Of a stretch of 64,000 bases of DNA, positions 51,415 through 61,085 are shown one piece after another. The stretch is from assembly GCA_044229245.1 (NCBI GenBank), contig JBGATI010000001.1, positions 322,346-386,345 on the forward strand, in the 5' to 3' direction. The notes beneath the pieces were generated by a model, which did not search any database, had not been told where the DNA came from, and saw only the letters and a program-made list of their open reading frames with translations. The position numbers and the translations under genes are program-made. The DNA is from Gemmatimonadales bacterium. Lineage in GTDB: Bacteria; Gemmatimonadota; Gemmatimonadetes; Gemmatimonadales; GWC2-71-9. The first letter of the stretch is position 1. Each line of letters begins with the position of its first letter.

Positions 51415-51897
51415 CTACCCGACCCTCGGCGTCGTCGCCGCCGGCGTGCCGCGGATGAATGCGATGTAGTCGGTGGGAGCGGGGCGCAGGTCCGCCTGAC
51501 GGAGCAGCAGGTTGATCTTGCCGCGGTGATACTGGGCGTGCAGCACGACGTGCAGCAGAATGTCGTGGATCGAATTGTGGAAGGTCTGACCGGCCGAGTT
51601 GGTGTACGTCACCAGCGACGGCAGCGCCGTCTCATCGAGGCCGGAGAGGTAGGCCGCGTAGCCGGCGTGGAGCTCACGGACGAAGGTGCGGACCTCGGCC
51701 AGCTCCATCGTCGGCCAGACGGGCAAGGCGGACGGCCGCTTCGTCAGGCGCGCGAGCCAGACCTCGTCGGCGCCGAGGATGTGCACGTATTCACGGAGCG
51801 CCTGGGCGGGCGGCGCCGGATCGGTCTCCAGCGCCGCGAGGAGTTCCAGGTCGGCCCAGGCCACATGATCGAAGAGTCGGCGAAGGGTGTTCAGCAT
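51415..51897 (-). CDS. DinB-family protein
   Basis: MLNTLRRLFDHVAWADLELL...HILGADEVW...HVVLHAQYHRGKI. Confidence 0.75.
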   Translation of the reverse strand: MLNTLRRLFDHVAWADLELLAALETDPAPPAQALREYVHILGADEVWLARLTKRPSALPVWPTMELAEVRTFVRELHAGYAAYLSGLDETALPSLVTYTNSAGQTFHNSIHDILLHVVLHAQYHRGKINLLLRQADLRPAPTDYIAFIRGTPAATTPRVG

Positions 51898-51957
51898 CGG
51901 CACGCACCTCCGTTCGGTCGGGGACAGGCGGCGGGAGGGCGCCCGCCGGCCCGAGCG

Positions 51958-52512
51958 CTAGGGTGCCTCCTCGTGCCCTCCGACCCACGCCTTCGGGATC
52001 GGGTTCGAGGCCTGTTCGTCTTCCCAGACCGCACCAGAGATCCACCACCGGGTGCCGTCCCAGTAGGCCAGGATGTAGTTGATCCCGCGAGATGTCACCG
52101 GGCCGTCCGGCGTGCGCCGGGTCTCGTAGACACTCCGGATCGAGGCGACGTTGCCGAACCGCTCGACCCGCGAGCCGACCTCGGTCTCGTAGAAACCGTA
52201 CTTGACGAAGTTCGCGTTGACGGCGCGGCGGAACTCCTCCGGCGTCTGAATCGTCGCCACCGGTTTGCCATCCCGCTGGTCCACCGCGACGAAGGTGGCG
52301 CTTGCGGTGTAGAGGGTGCTGTCCCTGCGCCACTGACGCGGGGCACCGGGCGGGCCGTTGATCACGTCGTACCAGGCGTGGACGATGCCGGCCAGCGTGC
52401 CGACATCGGCGGGGTCGGCGACGGGTGCCTGCGCGGCGGAGCTGGCGGGCCGCGCGAGCAGCAGCCCCGCGCAGAGGAGAATCCACGAGAATCTGGAACG
52501 CGACATGGGCAT
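51958..52512 (-). CDS. Secreted NTF2/SnoaL-like protein
   Basis: Signal peptide. Small alpha+beta-like composition. Family call is tentative. Confidence 0.45.
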   Translation of the reverse strand: MPMSRSRFSWILLCAGLLLARPASSAAQAPVADPADVGTLAGIVHAWYDVINGPPGAPRQWRRDSTLYTASATFVAVDQRDGKPVATIQTPEEFRRAVNANFVKYGFYETEVGSRVERFGNVASIRSVYETRRTPDGPVTSRGINYILAYWDGTRWWISGAVWEDEQASNPIPKAWVGGHEEAP

Positions 52513-52632
52513 CACCGGGTAAGGTCACAATGGCTGGCGGCGGCGCCGGTGACACACCGGCGGGGCCGTGGGAAGCTGCTCGGCATCAATGTGCAGTACG
52601 GAATTCGTGATGGCCAGTGATGCGGTCCGGGA

Positions 52633-53289
52633 TCACCCGGCGTCGATCGCGAGCGTCACACCCTGGTCGGTTATCGAGACCACTTGCAGCCGGCCCAGCA
52701 GGTCCAGATGATGATCGGCGGCGGCCAGCGCCTCACGCGAGGCCGTCCCGGCCACCGCGATCACCCGCATTCCGGCCGCCCTGCCCGCCCGGACGCCGGC
52801 CGGCGCATCTTCGATCACGAGGCACTCCGCCGGGGCGACGCCCAGCGCCGCCGCGGCCTTGAGGTACGGATCGGGAGCGGGCTTGCCGCGCTCCACGTCG
52901 GCCGACGTGATGAGCAGCCCCGGCTGCGGTACGCCGGCAAGGCGCATCCGGAGGGCGGCGACTGGGGGACTGCCGGAGGTGACGATCGCCCAGCGATGCG
53001 CCGGCAGCGCCGCGAGCAGCGCCTGCGCCCCCGGAATCGGAAAGACCCCGCGCGTCTCCACCGCCTCCCGGCCGTCGAGCCACGCCACCTCGGTCGCGAG
53101 ATCCAGCTCCGGTGCGACGTCGTTGAGCGTCTCGCTGATGCGGCGGCCATGGGCGACCGCCAGGATCGGCGCCGGATCCTTCCCGCGCGACTCGGCCCAC
53201 TCCCGCCACACATGCTCGATGCACTGCCGGGAATCGACGAGCACGCCGTCGAGGTCGAAGAGGATCGCGCCGCAGGTGAGGAGCGTCAT
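52633..53289 (-). CDS. HAD-family hydrolase (beta-phosphoglucomutase-like)
   Basis: ATG at 53289. AILFDLDGVLVDS, IVTSGS, ERGKPAPDPYL, VIEDAPAGVRAG. Confidence 0.85.
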   Translation of the reverse strand: MTLLTCGAILFDLDGVLVDSRQCIEHVWREWAESRGKDPAPILAVAHGRRISETLNDVAPELDLATEVAWLDGREAVETRGVFPIPGAQALLAALPAHRWAIVTSGSPPVAALRMRLAGVPQPGLLITSADVERGKPAPDPYLKAAAALGVAPAECLVIEDAPAGVRAGRAAGMRVIAVAGTASREALAAADHHLDLLGRLQVVSITDQGVTLAIDAG

Positions 53290-53338
53290 GCGGGAGTCCC
53301 GAGAGAGGGGCTCGGAGTCGGGAACGGTCATCGTCCGT

Positions 53339-54061
53339 TCAGGCGGCGTCGGTCGCCTTGCCGCCCCAGGTCTCGTGCCAGCGGAGCCCGTCGGGGAGTG
53401 GCCCGGCGGCGTACTCGAGATGAATCACTCGGCGATGACCCGGCGCCGTCGAAGGGGATGAGGCGTGCAGCAGCAGCGGCCGCAGGAGCAGGAGCCCGCC
53501 GGCGGCACACGGGGCACTCACCATCGCCACCCGTTCCTTCCAGTCGGAGACCGCGCCCGGGCTCAGCTTGCCGTGGCGATGACTGCCGGGGAGCACCCGC
53601 ACCGGACCGTTGTCGAGGCCACAGGGATCCAGATGGATGCGGACGGTGAGCATGTTCTCGAGGATGGCAACCGGCGGCTGGGCGTGATGAATGCCCGACT
53701 TGGTGGACCAGGCACCGAAGCCCGGCCGCTCGACCCGCTCCCGGATCGGGATCGTCACGTCCTGATGCCAGGCCACCTTCCAGTTGGCTTCGGGCGTTTT
53801 GTCGAAGAGCGTGGCGCGGACGGCGAAGCAGCCGGGGCCGAGGACCGCCGCCGGCCAGCGACGGATGCCGGGGTGACTCGCGAGTTTGCGGATGGGGGGG
53901 AGCAGCGAGAAGAGATCGCGATAGCCACCTCGCGCCTCGTCGGCCTTTGCGGAAGGGAGCGCGTCGGTGATGGCGATCAGGCTGGCGATCTCCGCGGCGG
54001 AGAGGGCATCTGCCACCACGGCGAAGCCGAGGGCATCGAGGTTGCGGAGCGTCGAGTTCAT
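53339..54061 (-). CDS. Phytanoyl-CoA dioxygenase (PhyH) family protein
   Basis: ATG at 54061. WHQD...VRIHLD...GPVRVLPGSH pattern. Confidence 0.7.
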   Translation of the reverse strand: MNSTLRNLDALGFAVVADALSAAEIASLIAITDALPSAKADEARGGYRDLFSLLPPIRKLASHPGIRRWPAAVLGPGCFAVRATLFDKTPEANWKVAWHQDVTIPIRERVERPGFGAWSTKSGIHHAQPPVAILENMLTVRIHLDPCGLDNGPVRVLPGSHRHGKLSPGAVSDWKERVAMVSAPCAAGGLLLLRPLLLHASSPSTAPGHRRVIHLEYAAGPLPDGLRWHETWGGKATDAA

Positions 54062-54109
54062 GTCACCGGGAAAGCTACCCCGCAACGGGAAGTGCCGCTG
54101 GCAGTCGGG

Positions 54110-54577
54110 TCATCCGTCGCTGCGCGTCACCAGGTACGCGACATCGGTCCGGATCAGCGAGGGATTCGCATCCCAGGCGGCGTCCCAATGACCGTAGAGT
54201 TCCCACCGCGGGCCCTGAGGTGAATATCCGTTCGCCTGGCACCAGGCGATGATGGCCTGATGCGCAGCCGCGAGACCGCCGTAGGGACCGAAGTGCGCGA
54301 CACTGACCACCCCTCCCCCCGGAATGGTCGAGCGCACGACGCCGCCGTCTTCGGCGAATGGTGTCTGGCATTCGACCCCCGCCTCCAGGTGGATCGCGCC
54401 GTCCCGATAGAGCGCCACGTTCCGGCCGCCCCTTATGCCCTGCGCCTTGAGATGCTGCCAGACTCGGCCACAGCACTCCGGCACGACACGCGGCAGCTCG
54501 GCCGGCGTCACCAGGCGCCGGATCGCGGCGATGGGAATTTCAGCCACCTGCTGGACCTGGGGGGAGTAGGCGGGCAT
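54110..54577 (-). CDS. GyrI-like small-molecule-binding domain protein
   Basis: 155 aa. ...VSVAHFGPYGGLAAAHQAIIAWCQANGY...WELY... Confidence 0.65.
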   Translation of the reverse strand: MPAYSPQVQQVAEIPIAAIRRLVTPAELPRVVPECCGRVWQHLKAQGIRGGRNVALYRDGAIHLEAGVECQTPFAEDGGVVRSTIPGGGVVSVAHFGPYGGLAAAHQAIIAWCQANGYSPQGPRWELYGHWDAAWDANPSLIRTDVAYLVTRSDG

Positions 54578-54682
54578 CGGCAGGGGTCTCCGGGTGCACG
54601 TTCCGTCACAAGCTGTGCCGGGAAAGCAAGCCTCACCAGCGCACCCGTCGGCGGATACGCCGTGGTTCGTGGCGTCGTCGTC

Positions 54683-55141
54683 CTACGCCCCGTCCGGCAT
54701 CAGCAGACGAAAGACAACCATCTGCGACGCCTCGAATCCGTTCCGCCCGTAGAGGCGCTGCGCGCCGACGTTGTCCCGATCGGTCAGGAGGCTCACTCGA
54801 GCCATCCCGAGTCGCCGCGCATCGGTCAGGGCGTGGGCCAGCAGCATGCTGCCGATGCCGCGTCCCCGGTGGGCGGGAGCGACGACCACATCCTCGAGCC
54901 ATGCGACCGGCGCACCGAGAGCCGTGCTGATCGTGAACAGCAGGCTGACCATCCCGACGACCTGACCCTCATCGCGGGCGCAGAAGATCCGGCCAAGCTC
55001 GGGCCGGGACAGGATCGCGAGCAGTCCCGCCCGGTGCTTCTCCGGATCCGGGACGAAGTCGGCCTCCTGTTCGAAGAGGAGACAGAGCAGGTTCACGCAG
55101 GATTCGACGTCGGCGGCCGACGCAGGAGCAATGGATAGCAT
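54683..55141 (-). CDS. GNAT-family N-acetyltransferase
   Basis: ATG at 55141. VVAPAHRGRGIGSMLLAHAL...NVGAQRLYGRNGF. Confidence 0.8.
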   Translation of the reverse strand: MLSIAPASAADVESCVNLLCLLFEQEADFVPDPEKHRAGLLAILSRPELGRIFCARDEGQVVGMVSLLFTISTALGAPVAWLEDVVVAPAHRGRGIGSMLLAHALTDARRLGMARVSLLTDRDNVGAQRLYGRNGFEASQMVVFRLLMPDGA

Positions 55142-55203
55142 CGTGCTCGGTGGCTGGGTCAGGACAGTGTGGAGGGCAGCTCCACACGTGGAAACGGCAG
55201 CAC

Positions 55204-55761
55204 TTAGGTCACCGCCCCAACACCCACCTGCGTGCCGCTCCGGAACCGGCGCCACCACGCGTCGGAGCGGACCGGCTCCACCACGCCCCACCGCTCGACG
55301 ACCGCCTGGAGCGCGCGCTGTTTCCAATAACGCACGAAGGGACGCCGCCTGACATGATCGACGAAGGGGCCCGGCAGCCGCACGGCGTGATGCCGCACAT
55401 AATGACTCAGCCCCTCGGGCCAGACGTAGTGGCCGTCCGTGAACTCCCGGTTTCCCATCTCCCGGGAGCCACACTTGAATCGGCACCAGCTCATCCCCTG
55501 CTGGCGGCTGTTCTCGGTGCCGCGCTCGAGGTAGGTGGCGACCAGGTCGCGTTCCGCGGGATCCCACAAGGGATCGACGAAGTCCTGCGGCGCCGGCCAC
55601 TGCGGCTCCTGCTCGGAATACCAGTATCCGATCAGGTGAACCGGACGCCAGAACAGCACGGTGTGAGCAGCGGGGATCGGAGCGGTGGACACCCTGGCCT
55701 CGGTCAGGAACGGACGGTCTCCCATAACCTGCAGCGAGTCCGCCGGGAGTGCCAGAGCCAC
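55204..55761 (-). CDS. Hypothetical protein
   Basis: 185-aa ORF with plausible composition (WYSEQEPQWPAPQDFVDPLWDPAERDLVATYLERG...). Start uncertain: GTG at 55761 or ATG at 55725. Confidence 0.45.
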   Translation of the reverse strand: MALALPADSLQVMGDRPFLTEARVSTAPIPAAHTVLFWRPVHLIGYWYSEQEPQWPAPQDFVDPLWDPAERDLVATYLERGTENSRQQGMSWCRFKCGSREMGNREFTDGHYVWPEGLSHYVRHHAVRLPGPFVDHVRRRPFVRYWKQRALQAVVERWGVVEPVRSDAWWRRFRSGTQVGVGAVT

Positions 55762-55791
55762 CGCCGCGAAGGATGCGGAGCAATCGCTCCG

Positions 55792-56196
55792 TCAGGCGGT
55801 GACCCGGATACGCCCGCGCCTGAGCATCAGCGCGAGGTAGGCGGCCGCGGACACATCGTACCCGAGGCAGAACGGAGGCCAATAGGCGGGCACACCGGGG
55901 TTGGCGATGACGCGACCGTGCACCAGGTCGAGGCCGCCATGGGCCGCCAGTGCCACGACGACGAACCAGAGCGAGGTGCGGAACCCGAGGACCGCAAGCA
56001 CGAAGAAGCCGGTGGCCACCAGCAGTTCGAGCAGGAGGGCATGGGTGGAATCGCCCAGGACGGCGAACAGGATGTAGTAGTGCGCCACGACGAGGGTGAC
56101 GGCGGGATAGAACGCCCGGTCGCGATCGAGGCCGACGGTGGTCGCGAACACTCCGACGACGACTGCAAGGACCAACCCGACGATCAGCGGAGTCAT
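55792..56196 (-). CDS. Four-TM membrane protein
   Basis: ATG at 56196. MTPLIVGLVLAVVVGVFATTV... Confidence 0.5.
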   Translation of the reverse strand: MTPLIVGLVLAVVVGVFATTVGLDRDRAFYPAVTLVVAHYYILFAVLGDSTHALLLELLVATGFFVLAVLGFRTSLWFVVVALAAHGGLDLVHGRVIANPGVPAYWPPFCLGYDVSAAAYLALMLRRGRIRVTA

Positions 56197-56197
56197 C

Positions 56198-56734
56198 TCA
56201 CTCTCCCTCCATCGCGGAGATCTCGAACGTGTCTTCTTCGCACGGAGCGCCTCGAAACATCGTCGTGTTCGTCCGCACCAGGGTGAACCCGATGCGGCGG
56301 AGCAGCGCTGCGGAGGCGAGATTTCTCGTGTCGGTCGTCGCCACGACCGAGCGCACCCGCCCGCAGGCCCGGAGTCCCGCAACCACCCCCCGCACCGCCT
56401 CGGCGCCGTAGCCCTTCCGCTGGGCCGCTCGCACGATGGTGTACCCGAGTTCGACCACACCGCCCGGCTCGTCGACGACGCAGAGACCGATGTCGCCGAT
56501 GATACCGTCCGTCTCACGGTGCGCAATGGCCACCTGCAGCCACTCGCCCTGGGGACCCAGCACCCGGGTCGCCTGCTCCATGAGGAAGGCACGGCCCTCC
56601 GCGTCCGGCATCGGCTCCCACCCCTGATACCGCGCCAGCTCGGGATCGGCGCGATAGCGCTGGAACGCCTCGAGATCGCCCAGAGTGAACCGCCGGAGCA
56701 GGAGACGGTCCGTCAGGATCGGCAGTTCCAGCAT
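56198..56734 (-). CDS. GNAT-family N-acetyltransferase (RimJ/L-like)
   Basis: ATG at 56734. LTDRLLLRRFTLGDLEAFQRY...GYTIVRAAQRKGYGAEA. Confidence 0.8.
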   Translation of the reverse strand: MLELPILTDRLLLRRFTLGDLEAFQRYRADPELARYQGWEPMPDAEGRAFLMEQATRVLGPQGEWLQVAIAHRETDGIIGDIGLCVVDEPGGVVELGYTIVRAAQRKGYGAEAVRGVVAGLRACGRVRSVVATTDTRNLASAALLRRIGFTLVRTNTTMFRGAPCEEDTFEISAMEGE

Positions 56735-56849
56735 CCCCTTGCCCTTCACGCGACGCGACACGCCGTCTGCGCGACGGCGGCACTCCTCGCCCAGAGGCTG
56801 CAGGCCAGGCTCGCGACAACAAGGGACGTGCGCATCGGTGGATTCCGGT

Positions 56850-58133
56850 TCAGGTGTGCGTGCCGATCAGCCGTGCGCGCCGGAGCTCGAGGTAGCGTCG
56901 GGCTCCGCCGGCCGTCGTGAGGGAGATGGCGCGCTCGTAGGCCCGCGCCGCCTCCTCCTCCCTTCCCGCCTCCGCCAGCAGGTGGGCCCGCGTGGCCCAC
57001 GCGGGCTGGAAGCGCTGGATGGCCTCGTCGCTGATCGCGTCCAGCGCCGCAAGCCCCGAACGCGGCCCCTCAACTCGTCCGACCGCGACCGCATGAGCGA
57101 CCCGCGCACCGAGCGTCGGCGCGATCGAAACCAGTGCCGCATGCAGGGTCCGGAGGGCGGGCCAGTCGGTCACGCCGGCGGTCGCACGGGCACAGTGCGC
57201 GGACTGGATCGCCGCCTCGAGCTGGAACCGGCCCATCCGCCCGAGCCCATGAGCGCGCTGCAGGAACTGCTCGCCAAGCCGGATGAGCTCCGCATCCCAG
57301 CGTGCAGGATCCTGGTCGTCGAGCGGCACGAACTCGTCCACCGTTCCCCTCGCGGGACGGCGCGCAAGCGAAAGCGAGATCAGCGCCGCGAGGCCCAGCA
57401 CCTCCGGCTCGTCCGGCAACAGGCTGGCGAGCGTGGTGGCGAGATAGTGCGACTCGTCGGCGAGCGACTCGCGAGCCTCGGTGCCCGCGACGAGGGGAAA
57501 GTCGATGGCGTAGGCGCCGTAGATCGCCTCGAGCACCGGCGTGAGGCGCGTCGGCATCTGGTCCCGCTCCGGCACGACGAAGGGCACCCGCGCATCGCGA
57601 ATCCGCCGCTTGGCCCGCACCAGCCGCTGGGCCATCGCCGCCGTCGGGAGGGCAAAGGCGCGGGCGATCCGTTCGGCATCGAAGCCAAGCACCGCCTGCA
57701 GCATGAGCGGCGTCCGCACGACGGGATCGATCGCCGGGTGCGCGCAGACGAAGAGCAGCGCGAGCCGCCGATCGGGAATCGCCTCGGGATCGAGCTCCTC
57801 CATCACCGTGAGCGCCCCGGCATGCGCAACATCATCGAGCGGCTCGGACCGCCGTTGCGACGCGGAGCGGCGGATGTCGTGCTGTCGATTGCGTGCCACT
57901 GTGAGCAGCCAGGCACCGGGGTTCGCCGGCACACCGCTCTGCGGCCAGGCACGCAGCGCCTGCGCAAAGGCCTCCGCCAGACAGTCCTCGGCCGATTCGA
58001 GGTCCCCGTCCCGCGCCGCGAGAATGGCGAGCAGGCGCCCGTACGCGGTGCGGGCCAGTTCCTCGGCCCGCGCCGCAGCCTCTCCGCTCACCACGAGTCC
58101 CGCAGTGTCATGCCGACGCGGCCCAGGCGCCAT
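56850..58133 (-). CDS. ECF-type sigma factor with long C-terminal extension (YciI-associated type)
   Basis: Sigma-2/-4 regions (GAWLLTVARNRQHDIRR..., AERIARAFALPTAAMAQRLVRAKRRI) plus a ~250-aa TPR-like tail. Start at ATG 58133 (overlaps the YciI gene) or GTG 58093. Confidence 0.75.
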   Translation of the reverse strand: MAPGPRRHDTAGLVVSGEAAARAEELARTAYGRLLAILAARDGDLESAEDCLAEAFAQALRAWPQSGVPANPGAWLLTVARNRQHDIRRSASQRRSEPLDDVAHAGALTVMEELDPEAIPDRRLALLFVCAHPAIDPVVRTPLMLQAVLGFDAERIARAFALPTAAMAQRLVRAKRRIRDARVPFVVPERDQMPTRLTPVLEAIYGAYAIDFPLVAGTEARESLADESHYLATTLASLLPDEPEVLGLAALISLSLARRPARGTVDEFVPLDDQDPARWDAELIRLGEQFLQRAHGLGRMGRFQLEAAIQSAHCARATAGVTDWPALRTLHAALVSIAPTLGARVAHAVAVGRVEGPRSGLAALDAISDEAIQRFQPAWATRAHLLAEAGREEEAARAYERAISLTTAGGARRYLELRRARLIGTHT

Positions 58134-58485
58134 CGACGAAACGCACCGCCGAAGGACGGATCTCCACCGTGCCCCAGTGGGCGGCCGGGCACTTCTCCGC
58201 CCAGGCCAGCGCGGCATCGAGATCGGGGACCTCGAGCATGAAGATGCCGGCGAAGGCCTCCTTGGTATCGGCGAACGGACCGTCCTGCACCTGCAGCTTC
58301 CCCTGCCGCACCGACACGCTGGTGGCGCTGGCGATGGTCTGCAGCACTTCCGCGGAGCGGAGCACGCCGGCCTCATCGAGCGCCTTCGCGTAGGCATGGA
58401 AGGAGGCCATCCCTTCCCTGATCTGTTCCGGGGTCAGGGTCGAAACGGCGGGCTGAGGGTAATGAATGAGGAGGGCGTAGCGCAT
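58108..58485 (-). CDS. YciI-like (YCII) domain protein
   Basis: MRYALLIHY...DGPFADTKEAFAGIFMLEVPDLDAALAWAEKCP. Confidence 0.8.
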   Translation of the reverse strand: MRYALLIHYPQPAVSTLTPEQIREGMASFHAYAKALDEAGVLRSAEVLQTIASATSVSVRQGKLQVQDGPFADTKEAFAGIFMLEVPDLDAALAWAEKCPAAHWGTVEIRPSAVRFVDGAWAASA

Positions 58486-58593
58486 GGCCGGAAATCCTGT
58501 CTCGGGTGGATGTCGTGACTGACATCCGAATGACGGAAGCGGGGCCGCCGGATCGACACGCAGTTCCGATCGACCCGGCGGCGCGATTGTTCC

Positions 58594-59355
58594 TCAGCCT
58601 GGAACCGGGGATCTGGCGACCGCCCTGCCCGCGGCGCGGCGCGGCGCGACCACCACCCCTGCCAGCGCCTCAAGCCGCTCCCCCCACCACCCGCGCAGCC
58701 GCACCGCCTCTTCCTTCGATCCGATGCGCGTGTGCTCGACGGTGACACTCGTCTTCCGCGGATCCTTCTTTGTAAGGCGCACCTCGACCGAACTCCCGTC
58801 CGCCCAGGTGAAGCGCACCACCTTTGCTTCGGTCGCCGAGCGCACGGTGGTCTTGAGTCCGGGCATCCATCTGGCGCGCTTCCCCGGCTCCTTGAAGGCG
58901 CGATACAGGGTCGACGCTGCTACCGGGAAGGTTCTGCTCTTGCTCACGCTGAACTGACCGGCGCGCGCCTGCCCGCGCTCGCGCAGTCCACGCACCCGCT
59001 CGTACCCGACGGCGATCATCTGCCGCCACCAGGCGGGGACCTTGTACTTCTCGCCCAGGTAGCGGGCGATCTCGCGGTGCGGCCACTGGTGCGCCTCGAC
59101 CTGGTCGAGCGCCCAGAACCACTTGTCCCAGGTGCATCCGGTCCTGGCGGCCACGGCCGCGTCACTCATACCGGTGATGGCGGCGTAGTCGGTGGAGGCA
59201 GTCGCTGCGGGTGACGGCGCGGTCGAGACGCGCGTCGGCGCAGTCTTTCTCCCGGCCTGCTGCTTGAGAAGGGTGGCACGCGCCGCCGTGTAGGATTCTC
59301 CCGTGCGCGCGGCACGGTTCCGGACGAGGCGCTTGAAGTCGCGATCTTCAGTCAT
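58594..59355 (-). CDS. DUF4287 plus SRPBCC/Aha1-like two-domain protein
   Basis: ATG at 59355. Central TGCTWDKWFWALDQVEAHQWPHREIARYL and a C-terminal beta-rich domain. Confidence 0.55.
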   Translation of the reverse strand: MTEDRDFKRLVRNRAARTGESYTAARATLLKQQAGRKTAPTRVSTAPSPAATASTDYAAITGMSDAAVAARTGCTWDKWFWALDQVEAHQWPHREIARYLGEKYKVPAWWRQMIAVGYERVRGLRERGQARAGQFSVSKSRTFPVAASTLYRAFKEPGKRARWMPGLKTTVRSATEAKVVRFTWADGSSVEVRLTKKDPRKTSVTVEHTRIGSKEEAVRLRGWWGERLEALAGVVVAPRRAAGRAVARSPVPG

Positions 59356-59589
59356 TGGTGGGGTCCCATAGAAAACGCCACGCGCAGGCATCCCCAGCAC
59401 GCCCGCGGTGGCGGCGCTATGGACTTCCACTACGCTCCGAGGGTTCGCCCCCCTTTGCCTCCGCGCTGGACCTCGGCTGGGGCGAGGTCATGGAGGTTGG
59501 GCGTGGATCGTCGCCCGTCGCATCTATTGTGCGGTTGAGGACGGCGTCGCGCAAGCATCGGGATGTTCCCGAGCCTGCCGGACCCAGGA

Positions 59590-59982
59590 TCACGCGTCGA
59601 TGGGACGCCGGTGCACCGACAGCAGCATGTCCGCCGCCTCCAGGGCGCGCACGGAGTGTGGCATTCCTGGCGCCAGTACGAGCAGCGAACCGGGCCCCAT
59701 CGTGTGGGCCGCCTCGTCGGCGGTGACCTGCAGGCACCCGCGGAGGAGGTGGATCACGACCTCCCCCTCCGCGCTGTGCTCCTTGAGCAGACCACCCGTT
59801 TCAAAGGCGAAGAGGATGATCGTGACCGGGCCGTGGCGAGCGATGGCCTTCTGCCGGTGGCCCGCGACGGCGGCATGGGGCTCGGCACGGAGCGCGGCGG
59901 CCGCGGCGGCGAGATCAATGAGCTGGATGGGAGCGGCGAGGCGATCTTCGGGATGTTCGCGAAGACGATCGGAGCCGGTCAT
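59590..59982 (-). CDS. Cupin domain protein
   Basis: ATG at 59982. HSAEGEVVIHLLRGCLQVTADE...LAPGMPHSVRA. Confidence 0.65.
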   Translation of the reverse strand: MTGSDRLREHPEDRLAAPIQLIDLAAAAAALRAEPHAAVAGHRQKAIARHGPVTIILFAFETGGLLKEHSAEGEVVIHLLRGCLQVTADEAAHTMGPGSLLVLAPGMPHSVRALEAADMLLSVHRRPIDA

Positions 59983-60108
59983 GCGTGCTCCTTCTGGGAC
60001 GGAGAGGACGGCTGAGCGACCTTCGACGCAGCCGTTGACTGTGCGCAACCTGCACCGCTGCACCACCCCGTGCCAACCGCCGATCGATATTCGGACCGCC
60101 CAACAGCA

Positions 60109-60594
60109 TCACGCGCCACGACGACGCCGATGCACCGGCAGCCAGAGCTGCGGCCGCACCCGGTCGGGCTGGCCAGGCATCGGCGCCGGAACCACGCCCC
60201 GCCGTACCGCGCCAGAGCGGAAATAGAACGGCTCCGCGAACGGATCGGAGTCGATCCGGAGCCCCGCCCGCCCCGCGCCGAGGGTGTGCCGGCAGGCGTC
60301 GTCGAGCAGAGTGCGACCGACCCCGCGCCGCTGCGCGGCCGGTGCCACCCAGAGATGATCGAGCAGCCACTCCGGCTCTTCCGGCAGGACGAGGCAAAAA
60401 CCCTCTATCGCTCCTGCGGCTTCGATCAGCCGGGCGTGGCCTCGCCGGAGGAGTCCAGGGGTGACCTCGAGGTCGGGCCACCACCGGTCGAGCCATTCGG
60501 CGGGGTAGCCCCACGATCCCTTCGACGCGCGGACCAGGTGGTTCACCGCGGGGAGATCGTCCGCCTTCACCGCGCGCATTCGCCCCTCCCGCAT
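60109..60594 (-). CDS. GNAT-family acetyltransferase
   Basis: ATG at 60594 shares a nucleotide with the RidA stop (TGATG). LWVAPAAQRRGVGRTLL. Confidence 0.6.
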   Translation of the reverse strand: MREGRMRAVKADDLPAVNHLVRASKGSWGYPAEWLDRWWPDLEVTPGLLRRGHARLIEAAGAIEGFCLVLPEEPEWLLDHLWVAPAAQRRGVGRTLLDDACRHTLGAGRAGLRIDSDPFAEPFYFRSGAVRRGVVPAPMPGQPDRVRPQLWLPVHRRRRGA

Positions 60595-60974
60595 CACGCC
60601 TCGGCGATCGCCGCGATGGAGACCTTGAGGCCGGGCACCCGGACCGGCAGCTTCGCGCCCTGACGCGCCGGGGGGGTGGCCGGGAACCAGCGCAGCCACT
60701 CCTCGTTCATCCCGGGGAAGTCGTCCTCCTCCGCCAGGATGACGGTCACGCTCACGATCCGGTCGAGCGAGCTCCCCGCCGCCTCGAGGATGGCGGCGAT
60801 GTTGGTGAGACACTGGCGCGTCTGCTCCTGGATCGTGGCGCCCCTGATGGTGCCGTCGGCGGGATCCTGCGGGCCGGTGCCTGACACGAAGACCAGGCCG
60901 GCGGCCTTCACGGCCTGACTGTAGGTCGCGGGCGGCCTGGCGGCCCTGGGCGTGAAGACGATCTGGCGCGACAT
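60594..60974 (-). CDS. RidA/YjgF-family protein
   Basis: ATG at 60974. YSQAVKAAGLVFVSGTGP...QTRQCLTNIAAILEAAGSSLDRIV. Confidence 0.85.
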   Translation of the reverse strand: MSRQIVFTPRAARPPATYSQAVKAAGLVFVSGTGPQDPADGTIRGATIQEQTRQCLTNIAAILEAAGSSLDRIVSVTVILAEEDDFPGMNEEWLRWFPATPPARQGAKLPVRVPGLKVSIAAIAEA

Positions 60975-61085
60975 GGCAGCGACCTCGCGGTAAACGTGAC
61001 TGGACATCCCGGCGTCGGTGTACCAGCATACCGGGCCGTGAGATGTCGTCAAGGAGACTGGACCGCCCGAGAAAGACCGGCACGC

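Noticed and set aside
56746-56835. 29-codon sORF MRTSLVVASLACSLWARSAAVAQTACRVA between the sigma factor and the GNAT gene
   Set aside because: It looks like an isolated signal peptide, is too short, and overlaps the region just upstream of the GNAT start. It is mentioned but not called as a gene.
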